A stretch of 23,742 nt of DNA from Thainema sp. (GTDB lineage Bacteria > Cyanobacteriota > Cyanobacteriia > Phormidesmidales > Phormidesmidaceae): the NCBI GenBank assembly GCA_052168235.1, contig JBQLZK010000038.1, forward strand, positions 46,818 through 70,559, in the 5' to 3' direction. The notes beneath the pieces were generated by a model, which was not told the origin of the DNA, did not search any database, and was given only the letters and a program-made list of their open reading frames with translations. Made by a program: the position numbers and the translations under genes. This document shows, in pieces, positions 1 to 8,873 of this stretch. Within the stretch, counting starts at the first letter, position 1; every line of letters begins with the position of its first letter.

Positions 1-51
1 CTCAATAAAGCTGACTGCGGCTGTATATCGGCGTGAGCGGTGTGGAGGAGT

Positions 52-83
52 TTGACCCTCTAGTTGGCTGAAAGGTTTAGAAT
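52..83 (+). promoter_or_regulatory. MerR-type promoter/operator: -35 TTGACC, 20-bp spacer, -10 TAGAAT, with imperfect dyad ACCCTCTAG-TTGG-CTGAAAGGT (55-76)
   Basis: TTGACC 52-57 and TAGAAT 78-83. An over-long spacer containing an ACC..GGT dyad is the known architecture of MerR-family (ZntR/CueR/CadR) target promoters. It lies directly upstream of a merR-family gene. Confidence 0.75.
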
Positions 84-103
84 GGTAGTGGATACGGTAA
101 ATG

Positions 104-134
104 TAGATGCGATAGGTGCGATAGATGCGATCGC
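104..134. repeat. Short tandem repeat, 3 x 9-mer TAG[A/G]TGCGA, ending in a HIP1 site
   Basis: TAGATGCGA 104-112, TAGGTGCGA 113-121, TAGATGCGA 122-130; GCGATCGC 127-134. Confidence 0.7.
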
Positions 135-147
135 AAACCAGAATTAC

Positions 148-253
148 TTAGGATTGCGAATCAAATAGCCTGTCAACCATTCCATCCGTAGGGACACGGC
201 ATTGCCGTGTCCCTACCCCAAAGATTGCACCTTATTAAATCCGCGTTGCTTAA
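148..253. repeat. REP-like GTAG palindrome (188-216) within a degenerate inverted-repeat (MITE-like) element
   Basis: Perfect 13-bp stem GTAGGGACACGGC-att-GCCGTGTCCCTAC. The flanks (ttaggattgcgaatcaaatag and cttattaaatccgcgttgcttaa) are only loosely complementary, so the outer boundaries are uncertain. Confidence 0.6.
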
Positions 254-289
254 CAAAATCGCTGAATACAACGGAGGAAAACGAAGGCC

Positions 290-715
290 GTGGCTGTAGC
301 AACAGGTTTAAAAATTGGCGAAGTTGCTAGGCAAACAGGGCTTGCAGTGGGAGCCTTGCGCTACTACGAGAGCCTGGGTCTAATTCAGTCCGAGCGCGGT
401 GACAATGGCTATCGTTACTACCAGTCATCTGCCGTTCAGCAAGTGCAGTTTATCAAGAAAGCTCAATCGCTGGGCTTCTCCCTAGAAGAGATTGGCGACA
501 TTCTTACCGTTCATCATCAAGGCGATGCCCCCTGTGAGTTTGTCCAGTCGCTGTTACAGGACAAAATTGAGCAGCTTGCAGCTCAAATTCAGCAGATGAT
601 CGCATTCAAAACTGAGCTTGAGCAATATCGCGATCGCTGGGCCACGATTCAACCTCATCTCAAACCAGACGATATCTGTCCCCTAATCGACACAGTACCG
701 CTGCAATCCCTGTAG
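290..715 (+). CDS. MerR-family (heavy-metal-responsive type) transcriptional regulator
   Basis: N-terminal MerR HTH (KIGEVARQTG...ALRYYESLGLI...R.DNGYRYY), FIKKAQSLGFSLEEI, coiled coil, C-terminal ICPLI. GGAGG lies upstream of the GTG start. Confidence 0.93.
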   Translation: MAVATGLKIGEVARQTGLAVGALRYYESLGLIQSERGDNGYRYYQSSAVQQVQFIKKAQSLGFSLEEIGDILTVHHQGDAPCEFVQSLLQDKIEQLAAQIQQMIAFKTELEQYRDRWATIQPHLKPDDICPLIDTVPLQSL

Positions 716-3127
716 TTAGTCTGACTCAATGTGCAGCGGGAATACCATGATGAAGCAGGTTTCTACGGCTGGTTGATCGGTCACTGCTTGATCATCCGCG
801 CAGCTAGCTGAACCACTTGAACAGTTGTCCCGCCTCTGTTGGGTACCCTCATCGGTAACCTCAACACTGCCGCTACGGCACTCAATTGTTCCCTTCAGTT
901 CATGCACTAACTGCTGCACCAGTGCCAGTCCTAATCCTGTTCCCGCTTTAGCCCAGCGGTCGCCTTTATGGGCTCGATAGAAGGGCTCAAAAATGTGCGG
1001 CTGATCAGCCGATGAAATTTCCACGCCTGAATTGCAGATCGAAAGCTGAAATAGCTGTGCTGTAGAGCTTCCAGCTCTTGGCAACAGCCGTACTTTTATG
1101 ACAATTTGTTCGCCATCTGGTGTGTATTTGCAGGCGTTGTTCAGCAACTCCACGATGATGCGCCGCAGCGGCACTGGATCGGAGGTGAGTGCCGGAAAAT
1201 CGGCGGATAGCACTACCTGTAGCTGCTGTTGGTGCTGCTCGATTCGCTCCTCAAATCCGCGTAGAATGGGGGGCAACCAGTCCTGTAAAGTAATTAGCGT
1301 CAGGTTTAAGGCGTAGGTATTGACCTTGAGGCGCTGTAAATCTAACAGATCGTTGATTAGTGCATCTTCCTGCTGGCACTGTTCTTCTAAAATTTGCAGA
1401 TAAGACTGAATCCGCTGCCAGTCCATATTTTCTTTAGGCTGGTTCAACTGCAGCGACAGCATTTTACTCGCCATCTTAATACTGGTCAGCGGCGTCCGTA
1501 GCTCATGAGAAACCGTGCTCAAAAAATCGTCTTTGCTGAGGTTCAGACGACGCAGTTCTTCCATATTGCGGATCATGTCTAGCTCGGCCTGTTTGCGATC
1601 GCTAATGTCGCTCACCTGCACCAGAAACAGCATGAAATCAGCAATTTCCAAGAACTTAACGGATAAGCGGCCCCAAAACGTCCGTCCGTGCTTGGTTCGA
1701 TACTCGACTTCCTGCACCGAGAAACCATCGCGATTAACTTCCTCGCGGATTGCGGTCAGTTCCGTTTCGGAAAAGGGTCGAACCTGTAAGTCATTCCCTT
1801 CATAGCCAATCAAATCAAGCTTGGATTCGGCTTCAAACAGCTCAATGGCGCGTGAATTACAGTTGATCGTCAAACGAGTTCTGGCATCAACCAGAAAAAC
1901 CGCATCGGTCACTTCTTCAAAAATAGCTTCCTTGAGCCGACGATTTCGATCAATTTCTAAATCAACCGCCCGTTTACGCTCCGTCACATCTTCAACCGTG
2001 GCAATAATCTGCTGAACCTGCCCTGCTTGATCTCGAAGAATGGACTTACCAACGCTTGCCCAAATGATTTGGCCATCTTTACAGACATAGCGCTTTTCGA
2101 GCTGGCAATACTCCTGCTGGCTGGCCATACAATCCTGCATGAGCTGTTGTTCACGCTCTAAATCATCTGGATGAGTAATCTGCTGCTCACTGATCTGCTG
2201 GAGTTCTGCCGCACTGTAGCCAACAAGAGACTGAAAAAACGGATTCGTCATCGTCATCCCGTAATCAGGCGGCAGTGACGTTATGATGCCGACGCCAGCA
2301 TGTTCAAAAATTGCTCGAAACTGGGCCTCTCGTAGCTGGAGAGTAGATTCAGCTCGTTTGCGATCGCTAATATTGCGCACCAGCGACAGCACTCGATTAT
2401 CCTCCATTGGCACACAGCGCACTTCCTCATACTCCTGCTGCCCGTTGATTTCAATGGTTTGCTCGTACGTGTGAATCTGCTGAATCTGGAGGGTATGCTG
2501 AATGGCTTCGAGCTTTCGATTGGCAACCTCTAGCGGAATCAGATCTACCAAGGGACAGTTAATATAGTTAACGCCCGGCGGGATCAAAGACATGGGATAG
2601 TTGGGTGCCACCAGATCACACAGAATACCGTCGGCATCAACTAGGTCGATCAAATCCGGAATGGCAGCCAGAACGGCGCGGTGACGCTCATTATGTTCCA
2701 CCAGCTCAAGCTCCCGCTGTTTCCGATCGGTAATATCAATACAGTTGCCGACATAGCCCGCGAAGTGACCGACTGGATCGAACCACGGCTGCCCCGTATG
2801 GATTAGCCACCGATATTCACCATCTTGGCGCTGCCGTCGATATTCTACTTCAAGCGGCTGGCGAGCTTGAAAGGCGGATTGGTACGCCGCAGCAACCATC
2901 TCCCGATCGTGGGGATGTATATCTGTTGTCCAGCCCCGCTTTAATTCTTGCTTTAACGTACGACCCGTAAACTGTAACCAAGCTTGATTGAGATAAATAT
3001 ACTCACCATCCGTACCGGAAGCCCACATCAAACTGGGGCAATATTCCAGCAAATATAAACAAGCTTCTAGAGAACCCAGTTGTCCCATCACCTGCGATTG
3101 ATGTTCATTGCCTAGACGTGTATCCAT
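716..3127 (-). CDS. Cytoplasmic multi-PAS sensor histidine kinase (about 4 PAS/PAC, HisKA, HATPase)
   Basis: Repeated PAS/PAC motifs (IHPHD...DITDRK; THPDD...DVTERK; DISDRK), H-box FLSTVSHELRTPL, N-box ELLNNACKYT, F-box IFEPFYR, G2 GTGLGL. No TM helix or receiver domain. Confidence 0.93.
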   Translation of the reverse strand: MDTRLGNEHQSQVMGQLGSLEACLYLLEYCPSLMWASGTDGEYIYLNQAWLQFTGRTLKQELKRGWTTDIHPHDREMVAAAYQSAFQARQPLEVEYRRQRQDGEYRWLIHTGQPWFDPVGHFAGYVGNCIDITDRKQRELELVEHNERHRAVLAAIPDLIDLVDADGILCDLVAPNYPMSLIPPGVNYINCPLVDLIPLEVANRKLEAIQHTLQIQQIHTYEQTIEINGQQEYEEVRCVPMEDNRVLSLVRNISDRKRAESTLQLREAQFRAIFEHAGVGIITSLPPDYGMTMTNPFFQSLVGYSAAELQQISEQQITHPDDLEREQQLMQDCMASQQEYCQLEKRYVCKDGQIIWASVGKSILRDQAGQVQQIIATVEDVTERKRAVDLEIDRNRRLKEAIFEEVTDAVFLVDARTRLTINCNSRAIELFEAESKLDLIGYEGNDLQVRPFSETELTAIREEVNRDGFSVQEVEYRTKHGRTFWGRLSVKFLEIADFMLFLVQVSDISDRKQAELDMIRNMEELRRLNLSKDDFLSTVSHELRTPLTSIKMASKMLSLQLNQPKENMDWQRIQSYLQILEEQCQQEDALINDLLDLQRLKVNTYALNLTLITLQDWLPPILRGFEERIEQHQQQLQVVLSADFPALTSDPVPLRRIIVELLNNACKYTPDGEQIVIKVRLLPRAGSSTAQLFQLSICNSGVEISSADQPHIFEPFYRAHKGDRWAKAGTGLGLALVQQLVHELKGTIECRSGSVEVTDEGTQQRRDNCSSGSASCADDQAVTDQPAVETCFIMVFPLHIESD

Positions 3128-3430
3128 CCTGTCTGAGTCCCACTACATTGAAGGCAGATCGAGCAGTTGAGGGATATACATTTAGAATTCCCAAATGAAG
3201 AGCGGTTTCATACTCCCAAATTAGATAAAGCTTAACGAATTGTCCTTATTGATGGTTTTAGAACTGGCCTCGATCAAAATAATTTGCCCCCAAAATTCAG
3301 AAGGAGGATAGCAGAATTTCGCAAATTTTGCGCGACAAGAATAAAATTCGTTTAATATATCAGACTTACCATGCATACATTCTGCTTTGGCTATCACAGC
3401 AACTATCGTGATTCCAGTTAAGAGTGAGAA

Positions 3431-3477
3431 AACGAGAGAGGAGAGTGCTTCATCCTAAAGCACTCTCCTCTCTCGTT
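3431..3477. terminator. Perfect 20-bp hairpin; probable intrinsic (possibly bidirectional) terminator
   Basis: AACGAGAGAGGAGAGTGCTT-catccta-AAGCACTCTCCTCTCTCGTT, with T-rich exits on both strands. Confidence 0.6.
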
Positions 3478-3613
3478 CTTATCTAGAACCCCTATAGAAC
3501 CGCTATAGCCCTGCAAATTCTGCAAAACCTAGCACTGCCCTCAGCCCCGATTGCCCAACATGATTCAGGGCGGTGAGGCAAACCCCTACCACCCCAAATC
3601 GTGATTGTGTATA

Positions 3614-3714
3614 TTCACATTTTGCACCTTGCAAACCTGGAACCGGAAAAGTCGTTTTTACCTCCGGATTACAGCGGCAAAATCGACTGTCTGAGTTTTG
3701 GCACAAGATGTGAT
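3614..3714 (+). mobile_element. ~100-bp MITE-like element, family A copy 1 (diverged)
   Basis: Terminal inverted repeats TTCACATTTTGCACC and GGCACAAGATGTGA. Collinear similarity to 4644-4746. Confidence 0.65.
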
Positions 3715-3741
3715 TGTGCATTAATCCATAGTGCTGGCGAT

Positions 3742-4599
3742 TTATACGCCAGAAAGAGGCTGAATATCGTTGAAGCGAAGCCAAATATCGGCTAGGGGTT
3801 TTTGGCGCGGCCCTAGAACTTCGCCACTGCGGATTTCGCGTTCGGTGAGCAGATAATAGCTGCCAATTTTTTCGTGAAAGTCGCGCACATCATCTTTTTC
3901 CAGCACCGTGCCAGTGGCAGCATCACGGAAGATAGCTTCAAAGTGCGCAGGCAGATAACCTTCCGGCGGCGTAATCCAGCCCAGGGTGTTGACGGTGACC
4001 TCCACATCGCCCATCGTGCGATTCACCTGCGTAATCTTGTGATTCTTAATCAAATAGGATGCTGTGCGATCGCGTTCTGTACCCAGCCCTGGAGGTACAT
4101 TTGCCATATCCGTTTCCACGATTTCAATTGCCCCATCGTTACGAGTTTCAGCAATCTGGAACTGCTGCTGGCGATGAACGGCGTCAAACGGGCGCGCGCG
4201 GCGGTGAATAATCTCCATCTGAAGCTGCTCTTGAATCACGCGGCGGGTGTCATCATCTTCAATATTGCGAATGTCTATGCTGCCGTTGGGGCCAACAAAC
4301 ACTAAGCCCTGATCCACATTTTCGCCCCACCGCACTGAAACTTCTGCCTGATAACCAGGAAAATTCTCATCCCAGGTGTAGCGATGTTCGTAGGCATCCT
4401 GAAAGATATCCGTCGCTGAGGCTTTGGCCACCAGTAAAGTGGATTGTGAGGTAAGGGGAGTTTGGGTGAGGGAGGTTGCGATCGCAGATTCACTCACACT
4501 CCAGCCCAGTATAGTTAAACCAAGGCTGAGAACGCCTGCCAATAGAGCGCTCTGTACAGCGGAGAGTTTAGAGATTAAGTTAGAGATCAGATGATGCAT
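3742..4599 (-). CDS. DUF3386-family protein with N-terminal signal peptide/TM segment
   Basis: A.DIFQDAYEHRYTWDENFPGYQAEV...IHRRARPF...ITQVNR...GYLP...IGSYYLLTER matches the cyanobacterial DUF3386 pattern. Hydrophobic leader ALLAGVLSLGLTILGWSVSESAIA. Confidence 0.8.
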   Translation of the reverse strand: MHHLISNLISKLSAVQSALLAGVLSLGLTILGWSVSESAIATSLTQTPLTSQSTLLVAKASATDIFQDAYEHRYTWDENFPGYQAEVSVRWGENVDQGLVFVGPNGSIDIRNIEDDDTRRVIQEQLQMEIIHRRARPFDAVHRQQQFQIAETRNDGAIEIVETDMANVPPGLGTERDRTASYLIKNHKITQVNRTMGDVEVTVNTLGWITPPEGYLPAHFEAIFRDAATGTVLEKDDVRDFHEKIGSYYLLTEREIRSGEVLGPRQKPLADIWLRFNDIQPLSGV

Positions 4600-4643
4600 A
4601 GCCAGCGTTCACGGTTTTAACTTGCAGCAGCAGCGCAGGCTAG

Positions 4644-4746
4644 ACTCACATTTTGCACCTTGTAAACCAAGAACCCAGAAGGAGTATTTCGCTGCCGCGA
4701 TGCGGCGGCGAAATACCCTCTTCGGGTTTTAGTGCAAGATGTAAGT
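4644..4746 (+). mobile_element. ~100-bp MITE-like element, family A copy 2 (intact, empty site)
   Basis: TIRs ACTCACATTTTGCAC and GTGCAAGATGTAAGT. Internal palindrome GTATTTCGCTGCCGC-gat-GCGGCGGCGAAATAC. Confidence 0.75.
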
Positions 4747-4812
4747 AGATTAGCTCGCGCTATCCAGACCTTAGTGCGTTGGTGGTGAACTAGCTTCACT
4801 CAAGAGAGATAA

Positions 4813-5073
4813 ATGGGCAAAATTCAGGTCAAAGTTGTACCGTCGTCGTCCAAAGATGTGATTATGGGCTGGCTGGGCGAGTCGCTGAAAGTCAAGGTGC
4901 AAGCGCCGCCCGAGAAGGGCAAAGCCAATGCCGCCGTGATTGAATTACTCGCCGAGCACTTGGGGATTGACAAAAGCCAAATTGAAATCGCCAGCGGTCA
5001 CTCATCGCCAAACAAAGTGCTGCTGATCCACGGTTGGTCAGATGAGCAAATCGCCCATACGCTGACGTCTTAG
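4813..5073 (+). CDS. yggU: DUF167 / UPF0235 (YggU-like) protein
   Basis: VKVVP.SSK...LKVKVQAPPEKGKANAAVIELLAEHLG..KS.IEI.SG.SSPNK signature. Confidence 0.88.
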   Translation: MGKIQVKVVPSSSKDVIMGWLGESLKVKVQAPPEKGKANAAVIELLAEHLGIDKSQIEIASGHSSPNKVLLIHGWSDEQIAHTLTS

Positions 5074-5157
5074 GCTCGCATCAATCTTCAGTCGAAGTCA
5101 GTCATATTCAATGTCTTCGTTGCTCAAACAGCGGACAATGTCTGGAAAAATAGGAGT

Positions 5158-6120
5158 ATGAATATTCGACTTCTTCTTTGCGGTATAGTAATCGGCCTAC
5201 TCATTACTGGCTGTTCTGGTCAATCTTCGAGCCCACAAACAGATCGCCCGTTAGCCTCGACTGTCCAGGAAACCTCCCAGCGCACCATTCAGCACGCAAT
5301 GGGAACGACTCCTGTTCCGGCAAATCCTCAGCGGGTTGTGGTTTTGACTAACGAAGCGACAGATATGGTGTTAGCCCTGGGACTAACGCCAGTGGGCGCG
5401 GTTCAATCCTGGTCAGGTGCTCCTTACTACGACTACATTGCCGATGAGATGGTAGATGTGCCTGTTGTCGGTGATGAGATGCAGCCCAACCTAGAGCAAA
5501 TTGTGGCGCTGAAACCCGATCTGATTATCGGTAGCCAGGTGCGGCAGGAGCAAATTTACAACCAGTTAAATGCGATCGCACCTACGGTTTTCTCAGAAAC
5601 TATCGGTGAAACTTGGCAAGATAATCTACTGTTGTATGGCAAAGCGCTTAACCGAGAAGCTGAAGCTGAAAAGCTGCTAGCAAACTGGGATAGCCGTGTT
5701 GCTGATCTCCGCCAGCAACTGGCCGATCAGGATATTCAGGTTTCCCTAGTGCGATTTTTACCGGGAACGGCTCGGATTTACCTTAAAGACTCGTTTCCAG
5801 GCCAAATCTTGGATGAAGTTGGCCTCAAGCGTCCTTCCACCCAAGACGGAACTGGATTTGCTCAAGAAGTTTCGTTTGAGCAGATTCCGCAGATGGATAG
5901 TGATGTGCTGTTTTACTTTACCTACGCTGGCGACGGCAATAACCAAGCCCCCAGCACAGTCACAAACCCTTGGCTCAGCCACCCCCTTTGGCAGCAGCTA
6001 GAAGCTGTAAAAGCCGATCAGGTCTACCCTGTCAGCGATGTCGTGTGGACAACAGCCGGAGGAGTACAGGCTGCGAATTTGTTGCTAGATGATGTGGAGC
6101 AGGTTTTGGTCGATAAGTAA
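5158..6120 (+). CDS. Iron-siderophore ABC transporter substrate-binding lipoprotein (FhuD/FecB-like)
   Basis: Lipobox LLITGC; IQHAMGTT.VP.NPQRVVVL; PNLEQIVALKPDLIIG; IAPTV; PLWQQLEAVK. AGGAG RBS upstream. Confidence 0.92.
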   Translation: MNIRLLLCGIVIGLLITGCSGQSSSPQTDRPLASTVQETSQRTIQHAMGTTPVPANPQRVVVLTNEATDMVLALGLTPVGAVQSWSGAPYYDYIADEMVDVPVVGDEMQPNLEQIVALKPDLIIGSQVRQEQIYNQLNAIAPTVFSETIGETWQDNLLLYGKALNREAEAEKLLANWDSRVADLRQQLADQDIQVSLVRFLPGTARIYLKDSFPGQILDEVGLKRPSTQDGTGFAQEVSFEQIPQMDSDVLFYFTYAGDGNNQAPSTVTNPWLSHPLWQQLEAVKADQVYPVSDVVWTTAGGVQAANLLLDDVEQVLVDK

Positions 6121-6167
6121 AGAATGAGGTGAGTCGGAAAGTTTTTCCGACTCACCTCATTCTTTAC
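6117..6167. terminator. Perfect 24-bp inverted repeat between convergent genes; probable bidirectional terminator
   Basis: GTAAAGAATGAGGTGAGTCGGAAA-gtt-TTTCCGACTCACCTCATTCTTTAC. Confidence 0.75.
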
Positions 6168-6178
6168 AACTAAGCGAA

Positions 6179-8788
6179 CTACCAAGTAAACGAATACCCA
6201 ACTCTGACAAACCGGCCTCTGTCGGCAGCGTTACTTAACTCGCTGGGTTGAAGCTGAGACACAATGGGAAAGTAGTCGGTATTGAGCAGATTGGCGATGC
6301 CGATTTCCAAGGTGCCGGGGCCGATATCGAGGTTGCTGATATAGTCCACGGTGAAATAGCTATCGACGGCGGCTTGACCAAAGATAGTCTCATCATCGAA
6401 GGCATCGCGGCTGCCGGAGTAGAGAGCCTGGAGGCGATTGCTCCAGATCGGGGTGGTCTGATTTTCAATGTAGGCCGTGACTTTCACGGGGGCGATGCGG
6501 AAGCCATCTAGCGGTTCATAGTCACCATCGTCATCGCGGTCAATGTCGCCCTCTGACCAGCTAACTGTGCTACCGATTGCCCAGGTGTCGCTGAGCTGAG
6601 CGTCAACGGTCGCTTCCACGCCATAGACTCGTTCTGGCGCACGCAGAATTTCTCCCGGTGCGGTGAAGGTGTTGCCCAGTTCAGAGGAATTGTAGAATCC
6701 AGCCAGGGAGGCTTGAATGCCAGCCCAATTGCCGCGAATGCCGAGTTCGTAGTGATTGACTCGCTGAGCTTCGGGGCGGAGCGTTTCAACGGAGAAGCCA
6801 GCGGGGGCACTGCGGAGCACTAAGCCGACATCGGCCAGCGAGAATCCTTGAGCAAAGTTGGCGAAGACGTTGACATTGTCGTTCAGATCAACCACTCCGC
6901 CGACATTGAATAGGGTGGCATCGTAGTCCAAATTGCCGCCTTCAATGGCGTTTCCAGCTAGCGTCACAAAGTCATCGACGGATAATCCCACCCGTTCATG
7001 ACGAATGCCGCCGAGTAGAGTAATGCGATCGCTAATATCCCAGTTCAGTTGAGCAAACAGGCCCAGGCTATCTTGACCTAACGGTGGCACCCAGGTGCGC
7101 TCATCGAAGCTGCGATACGTTAGTCCGCCGCTGGCATCAAAAACGGCTGGATCAAAAATGGCCACGGGCTGCGCGGTGCGCTCATTGGCGTAGTCAGCGC
7201 CCCACAGTAGCCGCAGTGCGCCATCATCGGCTAGTGGCGTATCGAGCTGGAGCCGTCCGCCCCATTCGCGTGAATCGACCTGGGATTGGAAAATAACGTT
7301 GCCGAGGCTGTCAAAGGCGCGGGCATCAAACGGGAAAAAGCGGGTCAGATAGTCGCGGTAATAAAGCTGACCTTTTAGATCGCCGCCCAGAACGTCGGTA
7401 TGGGTGTAATCCAGGCTGAAGAAGGTGTTGATATTGGTCTGGGGACTGTCTAGATCCAGTCCCTCTAAAGCTTGCGATCGCTGCCGACCGGGAACGGCTT
7501 GAATACTCGGATCGGTTGTAAAATCCGTGTCCTGAGTCGAGTCGTAATGGTTAGCCGTGAACTGTAGGCGCTGCTCGTCAGTCAAATCCACGCCAATCTT
7601 GCCGAGGATATTGAACGTATCCGTATCTGCCAAGCCGCCCTGGGCATTGGGATCAGGTGGAATGCGATTGCCCAAAGCATCGAATAAGCCGCCGATATGG
7701 TCGTAGGAGAATGTCAGCGCATAGTCTACATTATCGACTTGGCCGCCGACATACTGCTCGACCGTGCCGCCCAGACTTTCCGAAAAGTCATCAAAGTCGG
7801 CATTGACGCCCAATCGAGTCCGCAGCACAACGGGCTCATCCGCTGGCGCACGGGTGATGATGTTGATCACGCCACCCGTGGCTCCGTCGCCGTAGATGGC
7901 GGTTGGCCCTTGGATTACCTCAACCCGCTCAATCGCGCTGGGATCGATGGTTTGCAGATCCCGAAACGCATTGCGGTTGGTGGTTTGGGGTATGCCATCA
8001 ATCAGCACGAGAATGTTGCGGCCCCGCAGTGACTGGCCGAAGTTGCTGGCGCTTCCAGTTGTGGGAGCCATGCCGGGGACGAGCTGACCCAGAACATCGC
8101 CCAAACTCTGTGAGACTTGAGCTTGCTGATCGATTTGCTCGCGCTCAATCACGGTCACAGAGCGGGGAACGTCTGAGGTGGCCTCTTCGGTACGAGTGGC
8201 CGATACGACAATTTGAATTGCGTCTTCGGTGGCTGTCGTCGCATCTGCAATCCCTGGCGAGAGGGAAATCACGAGTCCTTGAGCAGCAGCCTGAACATCA
8301 GCCGTAGGCGGCGCATCCGTACCAGTGATGGCAAGGCGAATCTGATTGTCAGCAACGGTGGTTGCACTGATGAACGCAATACCCTCAGCCGGGGCAATCT
8401 GCTGAAAATCCGTCTGACCGGGCAGCGCTAAAACCGCATTGGGAATCGTGGCGATCAGCGCATTATCGATCGTTTCAACGGTTGGAACAGAAAGCTCTCC
8501 GGCTGCCGTTTCCAGCACCACCTTGAGTCCCGTTTCTGTCGTCTCTAACCGAATGTCAGTTACCTGCTGAATATCCACTTGAGCAATCTGCTGAACGGGC
8601 CAAGTTGCGATCGCACTTACTCCTAACCCCTCAAACTCCTCACCTATATAGCTAGAGTGATTCGCCGAAATCATCTGCTCATCAGCCATCTGAGCACTTG
8701 CTACTAGGCCAAATCCACCCACCAAGCTCCCGGATAGAGCCATCATCAACCCTAGCCGAACTGACATTGAACGCCTCCAGATATTCAT
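6179..8788 (-). CDS. TonB-dependent ferric-siderophore receptor with N-terminal AMIN domain (IutA/SchT-like)
   Basis: Signal peptide; AMIN-like VTDIRLETTETGLKVVLET; IVVSATRTE; plug LRGRNILVLIDG...IERVEVIQGPTAIYGDGATGGVINIIT; C-terminal GYSFTW. Start moved to ATG 8788 (GGAGAGG RBS) because the upstream ATG at 8821 lies inside the Fur box. Confidence 0.93.
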   Translation of the reverse strand: MNIWRRSMSVRLGLMMALSGSLVGGFGLVASAQMADEQMISANHSSYIGEEFEGLGVSAIATWPVQQIAQVDIQQVTDIRLETTETGLKVVLETAAGELSVPTVETIDNALIATIPNAVLALPGQTDFQQIAPAEGIAFISATTVADNQIRLAITGTDAPPTADVQAAAQGLVISLSPGIADATTATEDAIQIVVSATRTEEATSDVPRSVTVIEREQIDQQAQVSQSLGDVLGQLVPGMAPTTGSASNFGQSLRGRNILVLIDGIPQTTNRNAFRDLQTIDPSAIERVEVIQGPTAIYGDGATGGVINIITRAPADEPVVLRTRLGVNADFDDFSESLGGTVEQYVGGQVDNVDYALTFSYDHIGGLFDALGNRIPPDPNAQGGLADTDTFNILGKIGVDLTDEQRLQFTANHYDSTQDTDFTTDPSIQAVPGRQRSQALEGLDLDSPQTNINTFFSLDYTHTDVLGGDLKGQLYYRDYLTRFFPFDARAFDSLGNVIFQSQVDSREWGGRLQLDTPLADDGALRLLWGADYANERTAQPVAIFDPAVFDASGGLTYRSFDERTWVPPLGQDSLGLFAQLNWDISDRITLLGGIRHERVGLSVDDFVTLAGNAIEGGNLDYDATLFNVGGVVDLNDNVNVFANFAQGFSLADVGLVLRSAPAGFSVETLRPEAQRVNHYELGIRGNWAGIQASLAGFYNSSELGNTFTAPGEILRAPERVYGVEATVDAQLSDTWAIGSTVSWSEGDIDRDDDGDYEPLDGFRIAPVKVTAYIENQTTPIWSNRLQALYSGSRDAFDDETIFGQAAVDSYFTVDYISNLDIGPGTLEIGIANLLNTDYFPIVSQLQPSELSNAADRGRFVRVGYSFTW

Positions 8789-8809
8789 CTCACATCCTCT
8801 CCACTCACT

Positions 8810-8830
8810 GTTGAAAATCATTCTTAGTTA
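8810..8830 (-). promoter_or_regulatory. Fur-box-like operator upstream of the TonB-dependent receptor
   Basis: Minus strand AACTAAGAATGATTTTCAAC, a 7-1-7 dyad resembling TGAGAATnATTCTCA, just upstream of an iron-uptake gene. Confidence 0.7.
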
Positions 8831-8873
8831 ACAGGGTGTTAGCGAGTGTAAATAAATGCGCGTGAATCTGTCT

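Noticed and set aside
82..168. 28-codon ORF upstream of merR
   Set aside because: Its ATG overlaps the -10 element and the ORF is made of repeat sequence.
3601..3795. 64-aa ORF, plus 3503-3784 (-) and 4617-4799 (-)
   Set aside because: They are translations of the MITE-like repeats and overlap real genes; no RBS or protein-like features.
8789..8821. Longer receptor start (MIFNSEW...) from the ORF track
   Set aside because: That ATG lies within the Fur box; ATG 8788 has an RBS and leads into a signal peptide.
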